A stretch of 64,000 nucleotides of DNA, from NCBI GenBank assembly GCA_051294905.1, contig CM119372.1, forward strand, positions 6,140,001-6,204,000, given 5' to 3'. The translations under genes and the position numbers were made by a program. Shown here piece by piece: positions 12,643-25,900 of the stretch. Under the pieces are notes generated by a model. The model did not search any database. It was not told the origin of the DNA and saw only the letters and a list, made by a program, of their open reading frames with translations. The stretch comes from Botryllus schlosseri (lineage: Eukaryota). Each line of letters opens with the position of its first letter. Within the stretch, counting starts at the first letter, position 1.

Positions 12643-13827
12643 ACTCAGGAAGTGTTTAGGACGCTTCTAGTAGTCGACAAATCCACTCCAGGGAAGTAAC
12701 ACTGGGCGTCCTGCGTCTTTTCCGCAGGAAGTCAACTGGACATCGGGTGTTTGCTGGGACGGTGACACATTTACAACCATATCTTGTCCGAACCATCGAA
12801 ATCGATACCTCCAGGCCGAAGAGTAATTAAAACGGTCACGTCACCCAACCACTTTTGCCTTGACTGCCAGCTTAACGCGCAACTGTCAACTTAACCCAAA
12901 GATGGCGGCCAATTGATCACGCAAATATCGCGAGTAGCGCACTCCAGTGGTTATATAGCTCGGTGGTTGGCATCAGCAATATGACGTCACGTGACGTCAT
13001 GAGGTTCACGTTCGCGTTCAAACGGAACGTTTCAAAAAGGTTCGTGTTCACACGCCTGAGTAGATTGGAAAATTCTTGTAAACTAGCAAATGTCTAGTTT
13101 TTAGTAAGAAATACTTCCATTAAATAATCCTTCGAGGCCACAAATGTTGAATTAAGTTAATAGGTCACATTATAACCATACGACAGCGGTAATATGGTTT
13201 CACTCCACCGTTAGGAACCAAATTAATGAGTTTAACACCCAATTCCGAAAAGTAGTTATTCTCAGAATCGAAAAGGCCAATGCGAAACCGTTATATGCAG
13301 GCTACATTGAGAATAAATTCGTCACAAAAATATGATTCAAATGTTGTCGCAGCTCTGTATCAGTTTTTACGCAAAAAGATGCTGGCATTCACATAAACTC
13401 GAATCGCGAAATAATACTGATCAACCATATTACAAGGTGCGCGTATATTAGAGGTAAATCTCTTGTGGACCGGACCGGACATGACGACCTTTGGAGAAAA
13501 GAGTATAATAAGGCAAGGTAGATGATTACATAGTTCGTATCTTTCAATTTAAAAACATTTTCCGAAAGCCGCTGTTTGGCCTTATCACTGCCAAATGGGA
13601 AACATCGCATTGACAATTTTGACATTGGCTATCCATTCCGATTCAATGCCCTGTTCAAACAAATCATAATGAACAATTATACCCTTCTTTTTCTTTTCAA
13701 CGAACTAATAAAGGTAGGCACACCCCACCCTCTTCAAAAGACTCCAACCGCGTCGAAGGACTAATAAATACATAACTACGCCATAAGAACATTATAAAGA
13801 TAGACGTGTGGTAAGGGAATGCAAAGC

Positions 13828-13930
13828 ATGAAGTTGTTGATTTTGCTATCGATTATTTCCGGCTATTTCGTGCTTCCGTCAACTTCGCAAGCCACATGTA
13901 CCGTATGCGATTGGGGGATAGCTGCGTTGA
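13828..13930 (+). CDS. Gene A exon 1: signal peptide and mature N-terminus (MKLLILLSIISGYFVLPSTSQATCTVCDWGIAAL)
   Basis: Hydrophobic signal peptide with an SQA cleavage-like motif; donor A|gtaagt at 13931; ATG and donor conserved in the paralogue at 52601. Confidence 0.85.
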
Positions 13931-16900
13931 GTAAGTTGTATTTCGATTTGCATTATATTTACTCAATGTGCTTAGCAGTAAAAATCTTTTATATATATAT
14001 TGAGAATTTTTCTCCATGATACAGTTATATGTATGCAAGATCCTGTGTATGAATCTCAAAGGCAAGTGATGCCAGCAGGAATCGTTCAATTCAGTTCTCT
14101 GAACGTTAGATAGACGTAATAGTGTTTTCATATTGTTTTAACCACGTTTTTATGTAATCAAAACGATTATCTCGTGAGAGTCAAAACAGATATACGGTGA
14201 TAAGGGGTCATGAACTAATAATGGCATGGTCACATTGACGAGTATTGTGAACAAAATACATTCATTATTTTAGTAGATTTTCATTACAAAACCCAGGGAT
14301 ATCTAGATATCCCTGACAAAGCCATACAGGGCTGACTAAACTAAAATTGTAAGAACAATTTCAAGTCATCGGTGTCGGTGAATGCATCGTGTTTTTTATC
14401 CTTTAATTCTGTATATGACAGCGACACGATTTCAAAATTAATAATCACTTGGTTTTCGACAATTTGCAGTATTGTTGATCGGAGGATTTTGCTGAAGTAT
14501 AGCAGTGGAATTGTTACATGATAAGGAATATGTTATATGCTATTAGTCCTGTAGAATTTGGTCTAAAAATGGGTCAACCTAGAAAAAATTCTTATAAAGA
14601 CGTATTATATACTGTTGGAAAGATAATTTTAACAGCGTTTCAATGATAGGTTTTGTCACTTTTTTACCTTGGGGAAAAAGTTGTGACCAAAAACGTGCCA
14701 AGGGGTAAAAATTGAAATTAGGGAAAAAATTAACATAAAAATATGAACAAAAGGCTAAAAACTAATGAATTATCAACAGAAAAGCAGGATATAGATGCAA
14801 AAAGAATAAATGAAGACAAAAATAGAATTATATATATGTTTCAGGGAATAAGAGTGAGCAAGGGGGATGGGAGGGGGGGGGGGTGGCGCAAGTGGAGCTG
14901 TCGTTGTTCGTAATAACTTCATTATGTTATTGTTTACTTACTATGGTTTGTTCCATTTACCTTGCTTGTCTTTTTTTTAAATAGTGCTTAGTCAAAAAGA
15001 AACAGCAATTTGTGTTAAGTGTAGAAAAGGCTACTAACGGACCGGCGATTCGCTGTGTTATTTCGGAGCTTATTTCATAGTACCACACATCCTTTAGACT
15101 AGGGTTGCATTTAAAACAAAAATCAATTAAAAACAACCATGTTTAAAACAAGGCCCTAATTTAAAACATGTTTTTTATTGCTTTTTGTTTTTAAGCCACG
15201 ACGTCACGAATATTCAATTGTGACTTCATAATGGATTGAAATTGACTATTGAAAATATAGGGTAAATATAGCCCCTTTGACAAAATATCTGTACTGCAAC
15301 TGTTGAACCGACTATTTTGAGGGTTCCGACCATCTCATAACGATATGCGTCGGTAAATTGGGTGTTCATTGTCATTGTGCTCATACAACATGTTTTTGGT
15401 AAGTATTTACACCATTGTGGTATAATTTTACTAGTTGAAAAAATACAATTTTGTTTTTTTAATTAGGCTTTTGACTAAAATAGGTTTTAACAAAGTGTTT
15501 TAAAAACCGTTTGTTTTAAATGCAACCCTACTTTGGACACTATAATTGGTCATGCTTTGAGACTGGATTGTGAAACGCTGATCGCAACTTATCAGAAAAA
15601 TTAAGAAAATGGCTATATTACGTACATCCACACATCATGCCGTAATTTATTAAGAAACCATGCGAGATCCAAGAAACGTTTGCGGTGGCTTTATCGAAAA
15701 TTGGTATTTCTTAACTGGCAAATAATTTTACTCTGAGAAATGTTATTTGACCTGTGGGGTTCAGATTGCCACGGTCAAGGTTTTATCGCAGGCGACCTAT
15801 TGGCACACTTTTCGGAGTACCATGCTGGCAAATATTTCGTATGTTTTCGTGCATCGCGGCGTGGTAATGGTCGATGCCGAAATGCCTATATGTATTTTCT
15901 ATAAATCATGCTTTTTTCGTGGGGGAAGGGTACTCAATATTCAAAAATTTGGCAACATGAAATCGCGTCCAGCGCGAAAAAAATTGAAATGAGTTGCATA
16001 AATTGTCAATAAGTGATGTAGGCCTATAAATAATTTATGTTCATTCACCTACATAATTTCGGGCCCATTTCGAGCTTGGGACCCCAATTGGACGATTTGG
16101 GGTGCGGCAGTTACGGTCCTGGTTAGAGGTCAAAGTCCGGTCGCTGTTTTCTAGTCGTGATTTTACCATTGGAAAAATTTTGCGCTTCAATCCCATATAT
16201 AGGGGAGATGTGGTACCGATGGATCAAAAATTGCAAAATGATCTCTGGCCCTCAAATCTTCAGCCGAGAATAGCGGATCTTTTGCTGTCTCAACACTTCG
16301 ATACAAGCTCTACCTATCGCGGACATTTACATGAATATCCGCCTTTTCAAAAAATATTTAAACATTTAAAATTTGTTGCTCGAACGTGTTATCGGTCCCC
16401 ACCCAGTGGGTCCAAAGGCACACGACCATGGGACCTATGAGACATACGCTCAAAAACTCAAATTTGTTAACGTGTTTTGTTGTGTACTATAAGCTAAGCT
16501 ACAGCAAGCCAATGAAGAATGTTTCGTCGCGATCTTCAAGAATAAAATAGATTATATCAACTCAAATGTATGCATAAAATCATGTTTTGATTTGCGCCTA
16601 AACTTACAAAATTAATGCCACATACATATTACCCGCAAATCGACATTTTGACTTTCAAATACCTCGTAATAGCGATAAAACACCACAGGTACCTATGATA
16701 TAAAGCCTATATATATGTAGGCGAGTTTCTGTTGCTAAGTAATTAGTTGGTCCATCTATTTTGCTTGATTTGGCTATGGAGCCATAGGCCCCCCACCCCA
16801 TAAATATTGTAATTGACTTGAAAACAGTCCACTCGAGGATGGTATTGACTCAAAAAAGATGTGCCATTATATACCCTGATACAAGCCCTATACTTCACAT

Positions 16901-19900
16901 CAAAAATTATGGCGGGTTTGTTAGTCTGAAAGGTGATATAGAAAAATGCAAATGTCGATCCAAATTTACTTTACACCCCCTAAAACGTAAATCATTCGTC
17001 ACAGACCCCATAACTCACGCAGGTCGATTTTTTTTGCATGTGAGGAAAGATGCTGACAGCATGTAATTGTAGACAAATTCACGAAGTTTAATCATGGAAT
17101 TATCATGGAGAATTTTTCAAGTATTTTCGGTCCCAGTGATCCATCGGTACCACATCTCCCCTACATATATATATATTAATTGCATGTGGTATATTCGGGG
17201 TCAAATCAAGGTTGTTATGACAGCCATCGGGGAAGGGCTCATACCGTGTGCTTCGAATCAGATGTACGCAATCCGAATTCCCATCTGTGATTGGCAATAC
17301 GGGAAATTATTTGTATTGGGTTTTGTTTTAGTGCTTTGTTTGACTAGTAAATCAACTGGGAATGTCATGGAGATATCTGCCCACCTTGAATTTTACTGCC
17401 CCCAGTTATTAATTTTAACACGGGTGTATTCCAAACAAAGGTCCGCTCCGCAACGATGTTGGCTGTATATGATTTCATAAATGTAGTAGCCTTAACAGCC
17501 CCTAAAGCACGGTAACTGAATATATTTTCGAATATTCGACCAATGGGTATTGTGTCATTATAAACATTTTGCGTTAGCCGACAAGATACATGTTGCGATT
17601 TCGTATGTAGCCACCTCCGACTAAATGTCGAAAGTATGCGACCACCCTCCCCCGACCAAATATACCTACTTGGTTATTTCTGCCACTTGAAGTAGTTTCA
17701 CGTGTCTTAGAAATTACTACTTATACTGTTAATTAAGTAGAACATATAGGAAGTTACTTGTACTACTTGAGTAGCAACGCCCCTCACTTCTACAAACTCT
17801 AGTTCAGTGGTTCTCAACCGGGGGTCAGGGTCCGCGAAGCCTCTAAATTTACAAAATAGTTGATTACCTAATTTATATTTTTCAAATTAGGAAAATCACG
17901 TGGCAGTTTTGCTTCATTACAGTAGAACTCACATCAACGGGATGGCCGTCTGTGATGGAATATCCTGCTGTGTGGACTCATTTTAGTTGCTAATTTGCCA
18001 CTAGCCCACTGATACAAATATTTGGCTGTATAGAGGTGTTTTATTGGGCATTGCGTAAAAAATAAATGGTTGGATTAGTAAAGTTAATCACGCAGACTTC
18101 AAAATGTTCGCAAAAATCCGTTTTCTTCTGTGATACAGGCCTATAACCATTTTCCCTAATAACTTCAAGATGAGCTGCTAGATATAAATTAACAGGCTTG
18201 AAGTTGTTCAATAAAAAAGATTGTGTGTCAATTTTGGCGTCATCATTGTTGCGACCATACCCAAATGTGTCACCGGAAGCGTTATGCCTTATTATTACAT
18301 TCGCCTCCACCTTTCTTTGTCTAAATGGATTTTCAGCACTCGTTGATATCAAATCGAAGGCGCAGATTTTAAAGGCACGACCACGTATTTCGAAAAAATG
18401 CAGTTGCAGCTTTGAAATATTAAAAGTCAACCCAATTTCTACATAAATAGAATGCTGTTATTTTCAAGAAAAGTAATTTTGTTGCTGTTTATTACTAGCC
18501 CACAGTTATCATTTGCACAAGACAGATGACGATTGTACAATAATTGAGCTAAATTTGAACTAAAACTTCGGGGGGGGGAGTCCGCGGGGTTCCGTGACGG
18601 TCCAAAAGGGGTTTGCGAATACAAAAAGGTTGAGAACCACTGCTCAAGTTCATAGTAAAATATTGCGGCAAATCAGAAACCGCCAAAAATGTCAAGCTTT
18701 TTGTAAATAGAACTGGCGTTTAATATTGCAAAACACAAACAAAAAGCCTCAATACCCATTTAAAAACATCTCGGCCTCTGTTCCAGTATGGTATTTGGTG
18801 TTTTTTTTTAATTTGTTGACCATTGTAATTTTACGGATCGAAAAGAGCTTCTGATTGAACGATGATGGATAATCACTGTATTTAAGTTCACCGAAAACTC
18901 ACTCATTCTGTATTACAACAACCCAGGTTTCATGATAGATGATTTCAATGACAATATTTGATCTGTTGCTATTGTACGCTAACCCTGATGTCTCTAACGA
19001 AAGCTGAAATTTGATTAATCTATGAAAATGAGAAAATTTAATACGGAAAAAATCTGACGTGATTGAGACATTATTAGCATAGAATCGAATTCAGCAACCA
19101 TAAATTAGCCTAAAATCAATCATTAAAATTTTTGACGCAATTTTTTTTCGAAATTTGTAAACCAGTGTTATCTCCGTCTCGGTCAACTTTTGCCCCCTTA
19201 ACGTATGATAAATACCCCCTAATAAAGTTATGTTTCATTTTTTTGCTGTTCGATTGTTAGTTTGCTTTGCTGAGAGTCATATTTCAATTCATGGTGTTGT
19301 ATTCTGTTACGAAGGTATCGTATTTTAGCTTATAATTGTATTTTAATATTAGGCAAAAAAGTGTTTTACCCCCTAGCACGTTTATCCCCATATCTTTTTT
19401 CCCCAAGGTAAAAAAAATGACAAAACCCATCATTGAAAAGCTGATAAAATTATCTTTCCAACAGTATATAATACGTCTTTATAAGAATTTTTTCTAGGTT
19501 GACCGGAAATTCTACAGGACTATATACCTTCTGACCACTTATACGCGAATTTAAAGTAGCCCATATGTTTTTAAAACCAGATAATGTCCTATACACAGTA
19601 TCATTCCCAGAACTATATTTTCATCCTTTATTTTGCTATGTTGCAGATGATGGATCTACTGTATTGAAACGTTTCGAAGACGACGAAGCCAGTGCCAACA
19701 TCACACGGGATATTATGATATCGTTTGGTTTAACCGGTAAGGTATCCACCCTTTACTCCCAGAAATCGGTGGACTTGAGCTATTTTTCGAATGGCGTAGC
19801 ACTTCTAGGACAGTATAGATGGATAGGATAGATATTCATAAACAGATTTATAAGAAGCACTCGAATAGTACCAATTGATAATATCTAGTAACGATAACCA

Positions 19901-22900
19901 GTTTTTGTATATGAATAGATGCAAGAACTGGCCAAAAGGTGTTTGTAACATCAGAGTGTAAGCGCACACAGGACGGCATTTTTTATAATAATGGCGTGGC
20001 GTCACGAATATACATCATGACGTTTTGAAATATATGACCTCAAGTTGGGAATTTAGACCCTTAGTGGTCCTCGATATAGTTTTAGGGCAATGGTCGCGAA
20101 CCTATGGCTCTTTGAGGTATAAAATATGGCTCTTTGACAAATTTTGTTCTCAATTTAGAAATATTGCTGAAATTTGTTGGTAAATTTTCATGACGGCCAG
20201 ACTAATTATACTCGTGGCAGCATAAACAATAAATATGTCCTGAATGGTGAAGGCAGCAGAGTATCCAGCGTCAGGGGCTAATACCCCCTTCCAAAATGCC
20301 CTAATTTAAGTTGCTGTTTCCGCCGGTGACTTACACCACTCGGGCATTCGATTTACCCGCCTTAGCGCCTCGAAATCTTGGATTGTACGATACCTTGATT
20401 GATCAGAGAAAATAGCAGACATGGCGACGCTTCCAAGACAATGCAGTTTTCAAATACACATTGTCTTCCTGATCGACGCCGAGAAATAAACTGCCTTGGA
20501 AGTGACACTCACAATTACAAATTCAAATTCAAAACACCGCCACGGCTATCTATGTTCTTGTTTGGTAAGCTTCCTAGCACCGCCGTGAAAATGTAGGTGT
20601 GTAGCGCAACGTGAAGTTACGCCGAATGCTTCAGAAGTCGATCAATAGTTGGATTTTCGGAATCAGCGCGACAATTACATATGATTAATATCAGTGATTA
20701 TAAATTCTAAGCTATTTACGATAAGTTGCGCTATCATAGGTGAGACTTGGCCCGTCTGTGCCTCATCTGTGCCTTACCTATCCTTTCGCACTTTATTTTC
20801 AATTCAATTCAATTTATTGCTAGTAGTGGTATTTTCGAACAATAAATATATAAGCTCGGCAATTTCGGGAATAAAAATCTTCAAAATCTAGCCATCCATA
20901 AACATCGATAGAACATATCATTGAAGGTTTCACAATTTTCCTTCACTCATCCCTGATGGCATGTGAAGCACCGCCTCACTTGCCTCCCCTAACCCACGTC
21001 ACTGACCTATCACACCCTGCAATGTGAAAGGACTGCGTGTGACGGCTCCACCTATACGCATGATGGGCAGAGAAATATGGCGCACAATACGAGTCCCACA
21101 TATTAGTGCTGTCGATACGCCAGGACTTTTCAATTGTGACGCAACATTTGATTGACATGTATGGCTCTTTGGAAGTTACAATTAAAAATATTGGGCCAAT
21201 ATGGCTCTTCGGTCGAAAAAGGTTCCCGACCCCGGCTTTATTGCCAAAGGGCATTACGTTGTCAAGAAACTTCAAAACCAAATTATTCTTTCAGAATAGC
21301 TTTAATAGAGTCATGCTTGATATGATATCCTTCCAGCCACAGGTACGCGCAATCGCCTATAAAACTGCAAGGGGTCCGCGATCAAATAAATTTAAGAATC
21401 CCTGTAGTATAGTGTTATGTTAAAACACTTTGTTAATCCGCAGTTTTTTTTTATACCAGCTGTGACGGCGGACGAAGCTTGCAATACTCACAACGCGTGC
21501 GGGGACAATTCAACTTGCACAAGTCGCACGACCAACTATTTCCTATGTGAATGCGATCGATCTTTCTCCCCAAACAGAACGAGCAACGAGTTCAATTGCG
21601 CGGGTATGTCAATAGAATTGAAGGTTCCCCCTAAAAATGAACAAGGAACTGTTACTTGATTTAAGGCTGAGGGCCTGAGACATATGTAGAGCAGGTTACT
21701 AATCAATTATTTCTTTGATGTAGACACTGACGAATGTGACTTGGCCATGCATAATTGCTCCAACAACGCAACATGCAACAACACAAGTCCTGGTTTCGAT
21801 TGTACGTGTAACACTGGGTACACCGAGAATGGAATTTACTGCGAAGGTAAGCTGAGGTGACATGGGCCATATTTATTATGGCTTTCATGTTTATTAAATA
21901 CACTTTATAGAATCCTCGTCTTTAGGGCACGTCAGGTGGGTCTTTGCTGATATAATAATTACCACAACAATACTAAAAATTACCCAAGTAAACTGGCATA
22001 TGTAGAGTGAATGGTATTATTCCACAAAAAGCCGATGGGAGACTTTAATTCAATCTTCCCCAAACAGAACGAGCGTGAACTTTAATTGCGTGGGTATGTC
22101 AATAGAATTGGGGGTTCCCTCAGATGAACAAGGAACCGTTAATTGATTTGAGACTGAGGGCCTGAGACCTTTGTAGAGCAGGTTACTAATCAATTATTTC
22201 TGTGATGTAGACACTGACGAATGTAACTTGGCCACGCATAATTGCTCCAACAACGGCACATGCTACAACACAAGTCCTGGTTTCGATTGTACGTGTAACA
22301 CTGGGTACACAGGGAACGGAACTTATTGCGAAGGTAAGCTGAGCAGAGCCGGACCATAATTTATCATGGTTTTAGTATCTATTACCTACAGTATACAACA
22401 TCCTCGTATATAATGCAAGTCGGATGAGGATTTACTCATATAATATTATTTGTTGCAATAATACTTAAAATTACTTGTAAACTGGTACATGTGAATGCAC
22501 CTATACATCATCTGGTAATATTCCACAAAATGCCGGTGGAAGATTGTAATTCCTGTTTGATTTTTGTCATATTCATCAAAAGTTAATATCAGATGAATAT
22601 TTGTCAATTCTCAACGCATCGTTTAGGCAGGGCTGTGGAGTCAGTAGAATTACCACCGACTCCGGACATTTTTATTATATCAACTCCAGGTCCGACTCCG
22701 ACTCCACACATTTTTAATATACCGACTCCCACTCCGACTCCAACTGCATTACCAATTTCCTTCGAAAATGATGTGCCACTGTGACGGTTAATGACCATCA
22801 CCATATCATATAACCATTAACAAACGAAAACATACGAATAACCATGGCATGCAAATTGTTTAATTGTGGCACAGAATTATTCATTATGCAATTAACCTGG

Positions 22901-25900
22901 AAGAATGCCTTTCTAAGTATCCTTCCTTTTTATTTTATATGTTTTTAATCATAGACTCTCTGATACCTTGAATCATTCAATGATGACATAGATCCAATCC
23001 TGTAGCATTAAAATGTAGATATAACAATCGAAGTGTAGCTCTTGTGTATGAGTTAGCAACTAATGCGGAGATGTAGCTTTCTAATCTTCTAATTACACAC
23101 TATACTGATTACAAGCACACACAATCTCACTACTAAACATTGGTCAGAAAGGAAATTTAGAATACAGTCTAATGGCTTATGTCTCTCCATGCACTTAGTC
23201 AAGTATTCAAGGTCTAGGACTTGCAGTCTTTCTCAATCATTTGTTCGACCCAAGCAGCTGAGTAACACTGCAAATATTTTTAGTTTTGTCAAGTGGGAAG
23301 CAGCGTTTGGTTCTATTTACATCAATTGAACAATTTTACAAAACCACACGATGCATTCAATCTGTCACAGTATCATGGTATAATTCCAAGTATTTAATCA
23401 ATTTGTGACTGTATCGCGAAGATGCTTATTGCGATTTTCTTTCTTTGTGCCAGTAGTTTTCATCCGGGGTTCCGCGGTCCCCTGGGGGTCTGTGAAGCAC
23501 TTCCAGGGGGTCCGCGAAGCCTCTAAATTTGTAAAATGAATGAAAACCTGATTATTATATTTTTTACTTATGAAAAGCATGAGCCAGTTTCGTTTCATAA
23601 TAGCTAAATCATTGACATAGTCATCTGAGATGAAATATCCGACTGTGCAAACTCATTTTAATTGTCAAATTGCCAATAGCTTGCTGATGCAACATATTGC
23701 TGTTTAGAGTTGTTTTGTTGAGTTTTGTGAAAAAATGAAATGTTGGAGATCGAACAGGGTGACTTCGAAATGTTTGCAAAATATTTTGCGACTTGGAGTT
23801 GTTAGTCTCAGCAAATTCGTAAACTGTCGTTTGACATAGAAATTTCTGAATTTTTTTTCCTAATCCGTCCCAATGAAGGAATTGAATGCTCGCCTCGAAA
23901 TCCATTTTCTCCTGTTATATAACCACTATATAACTTCAATATGAGATGAGACATAGAAATGAATATAGGCTGGGCGTGATATGTTCATTGAAATCTCACA
24001 CCAAAAGCTGTCGTCGGAAGCGTTTCGCGTTAATATTACATTCGCCACCAATAAATCTTTGTGGAAATGAATTTTCGGCACTCATCAATATCAAATCGCT
24101 CAAATCAATATCAAATCAATTCAACTTGCACAAGTCGCACTACCAACTATTTCCTATGTGAATGCGATCTATCTTTCTCCCCAAAGAGAACGAGCAATTG
24201 CTCGGATATGTCAATGCAATTGAAGGCTCCCCCTTGAAATGAATAATGAACTGGTATTTGATTAAGGACTAAGGGCCTGCGTCCTATGTAAAGCAGGTTA
24301 CTAATCAATTATATCTTTGATGTAGACACTGACGAATGTGACTTGACCACGCATAATTGCTCCAACAACGCAACATGCAACAACACAAGTCCGGGTTTCG
24401 ATTGTACGTGTAACACTGGGTACACCGGGAATGGAACTTACTGCGAAGGTAAGCTGAGGTGACATGGGCCATAACTTATTATGGCTATCAAAGTACACTT
24501 TATAGAATCCTCGTCTTTAGGGCACGTCAGGTCAGTCTTTGCAGATATAATAATTACTACGATAATACCAAAAATTGCCCAAGTAAACTGGCACATGTAG
24601 AGTGAATGGGATTATTCCACAAAAAGCCGATGGAAGACGGAATTTCAATCTTCCCCAAACAGAACGAGCGTGAACTTCAATTGCGCGGGTATTTCAATAG
24701 AAGTGTAGGTTCCCCCTCGAAATGAACAAGGAACTGTTAATTTATTTGAGGCTGATAACCTGAGACCTTCGTGGAGCAGGTTACTAATCAATTATATCTG
24801 TGATGTAGACACTGACGAATGTGACTTGGCCACGCATAATTGCTCCAACAACGCCACATGCTACAACACAAGTCCTGGTTTCGATTGTACGTGTAACACT
24901 GGGTACACAGGGAATGGAACTTATTGCGAAGGTAAGCTGAGCAGTAGGGCTCTTCAAAAATTACATTTTTTCTCAAATTGTACTGGCTACTTGATAAAAT
25001 TGTTAGGTTACCTAATTTAAGCCTACACACAAAATTTGGTTCAATTCCAGCCAGTAACCGCTTTGCTACAGGAGAAGTAAGTTTCTATTTATTATATAAA
25101 AATTAATAATAAAAAATTTGAAAATTTTCTATTCACCCCATAAAAGTGTTGGGCTGTCTATAGAAACGATGCTCACCAAATTTGGTTCAATTCCAACCAG
25201 TGGAAGCGGAGTTATTGCCGTCGAAAAATTTGGATTTGAATAAAATAGTATTTACGGTGAGCACAATTATAATAAATAAACACTTTTCAAATGTCGTAGA
25301 AGCCGCGATCCACATGAATTCAATATCGACATAAAATAGGCCACACAGTTGAACAGCGACGCCATCACGTCACCTATTCAGACCTAATGCATTGATATCT
25401 TGGTACATTTGGGGTACTGGGCTTATCGAACGCCTTGAAATCTTAATTAGTGATTGCTGCGTGAGTTGATTGATCAGAGAGAAGCAGACATGGCGGCGCC
25501 TGTATTAGGAATGGTGTGAACGTGAGGTTCACGTTCGCGTTCTGTGTGTGAACCTCGGAGATTTAGAGGTTCGCGTTCACAACAGAACCTTGGTAGGTTC
25601 TGCACTGTGAACGTTTTTGGTAAATTGTAATTTGCACTTCATTATAAGATCTTTGGTTGAAATTTATTGCATTTCAACTGCGGGTCACTCTATGCATGGC
25701 GCTGGCAGCATGAAAAATCAACACAAAACGAGCATGCACCCTGACAACCTTAACAGTTTTACCTGTACTTGCTCTTTTGTTACCAAAAGTTGCCGAAAGC
25801 TCGTGTAACTAATAAAGTTATATTCATACAAGTGGACGTCAAATAGAGTGTGAAAGCTATCAAGGTATTACGTTTATATATCGTCTACCATTGGCGCAAC

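Larger units (their letters stand above)
14544..19522. mobile_element. Academ-like non-autonomous DNA transposon in gene A intron 1 (4979 bp including nested MITEs)
   Basis: TAG...CTA termini, about 135-bp TIRs, 3-bp TSD TAT (14541-14543 and 19523-19525). The empty site ATGCTATACCTT is present in gene B at about 53336-53347. Confidence 0.78.

Noticed and set aside
13793..13798. TATAAA as a core promoter
   Set aside because: Only about 30 bp from the ATG in AT-rich DNA; conservation in a recent duplicate is uninformative.
13819..13827. Upstream ATG (MQS extension) as the start of gene A
   Set aside because: Not conserved in gene B (ATA at that position); the ATG at 13828 is conserved.
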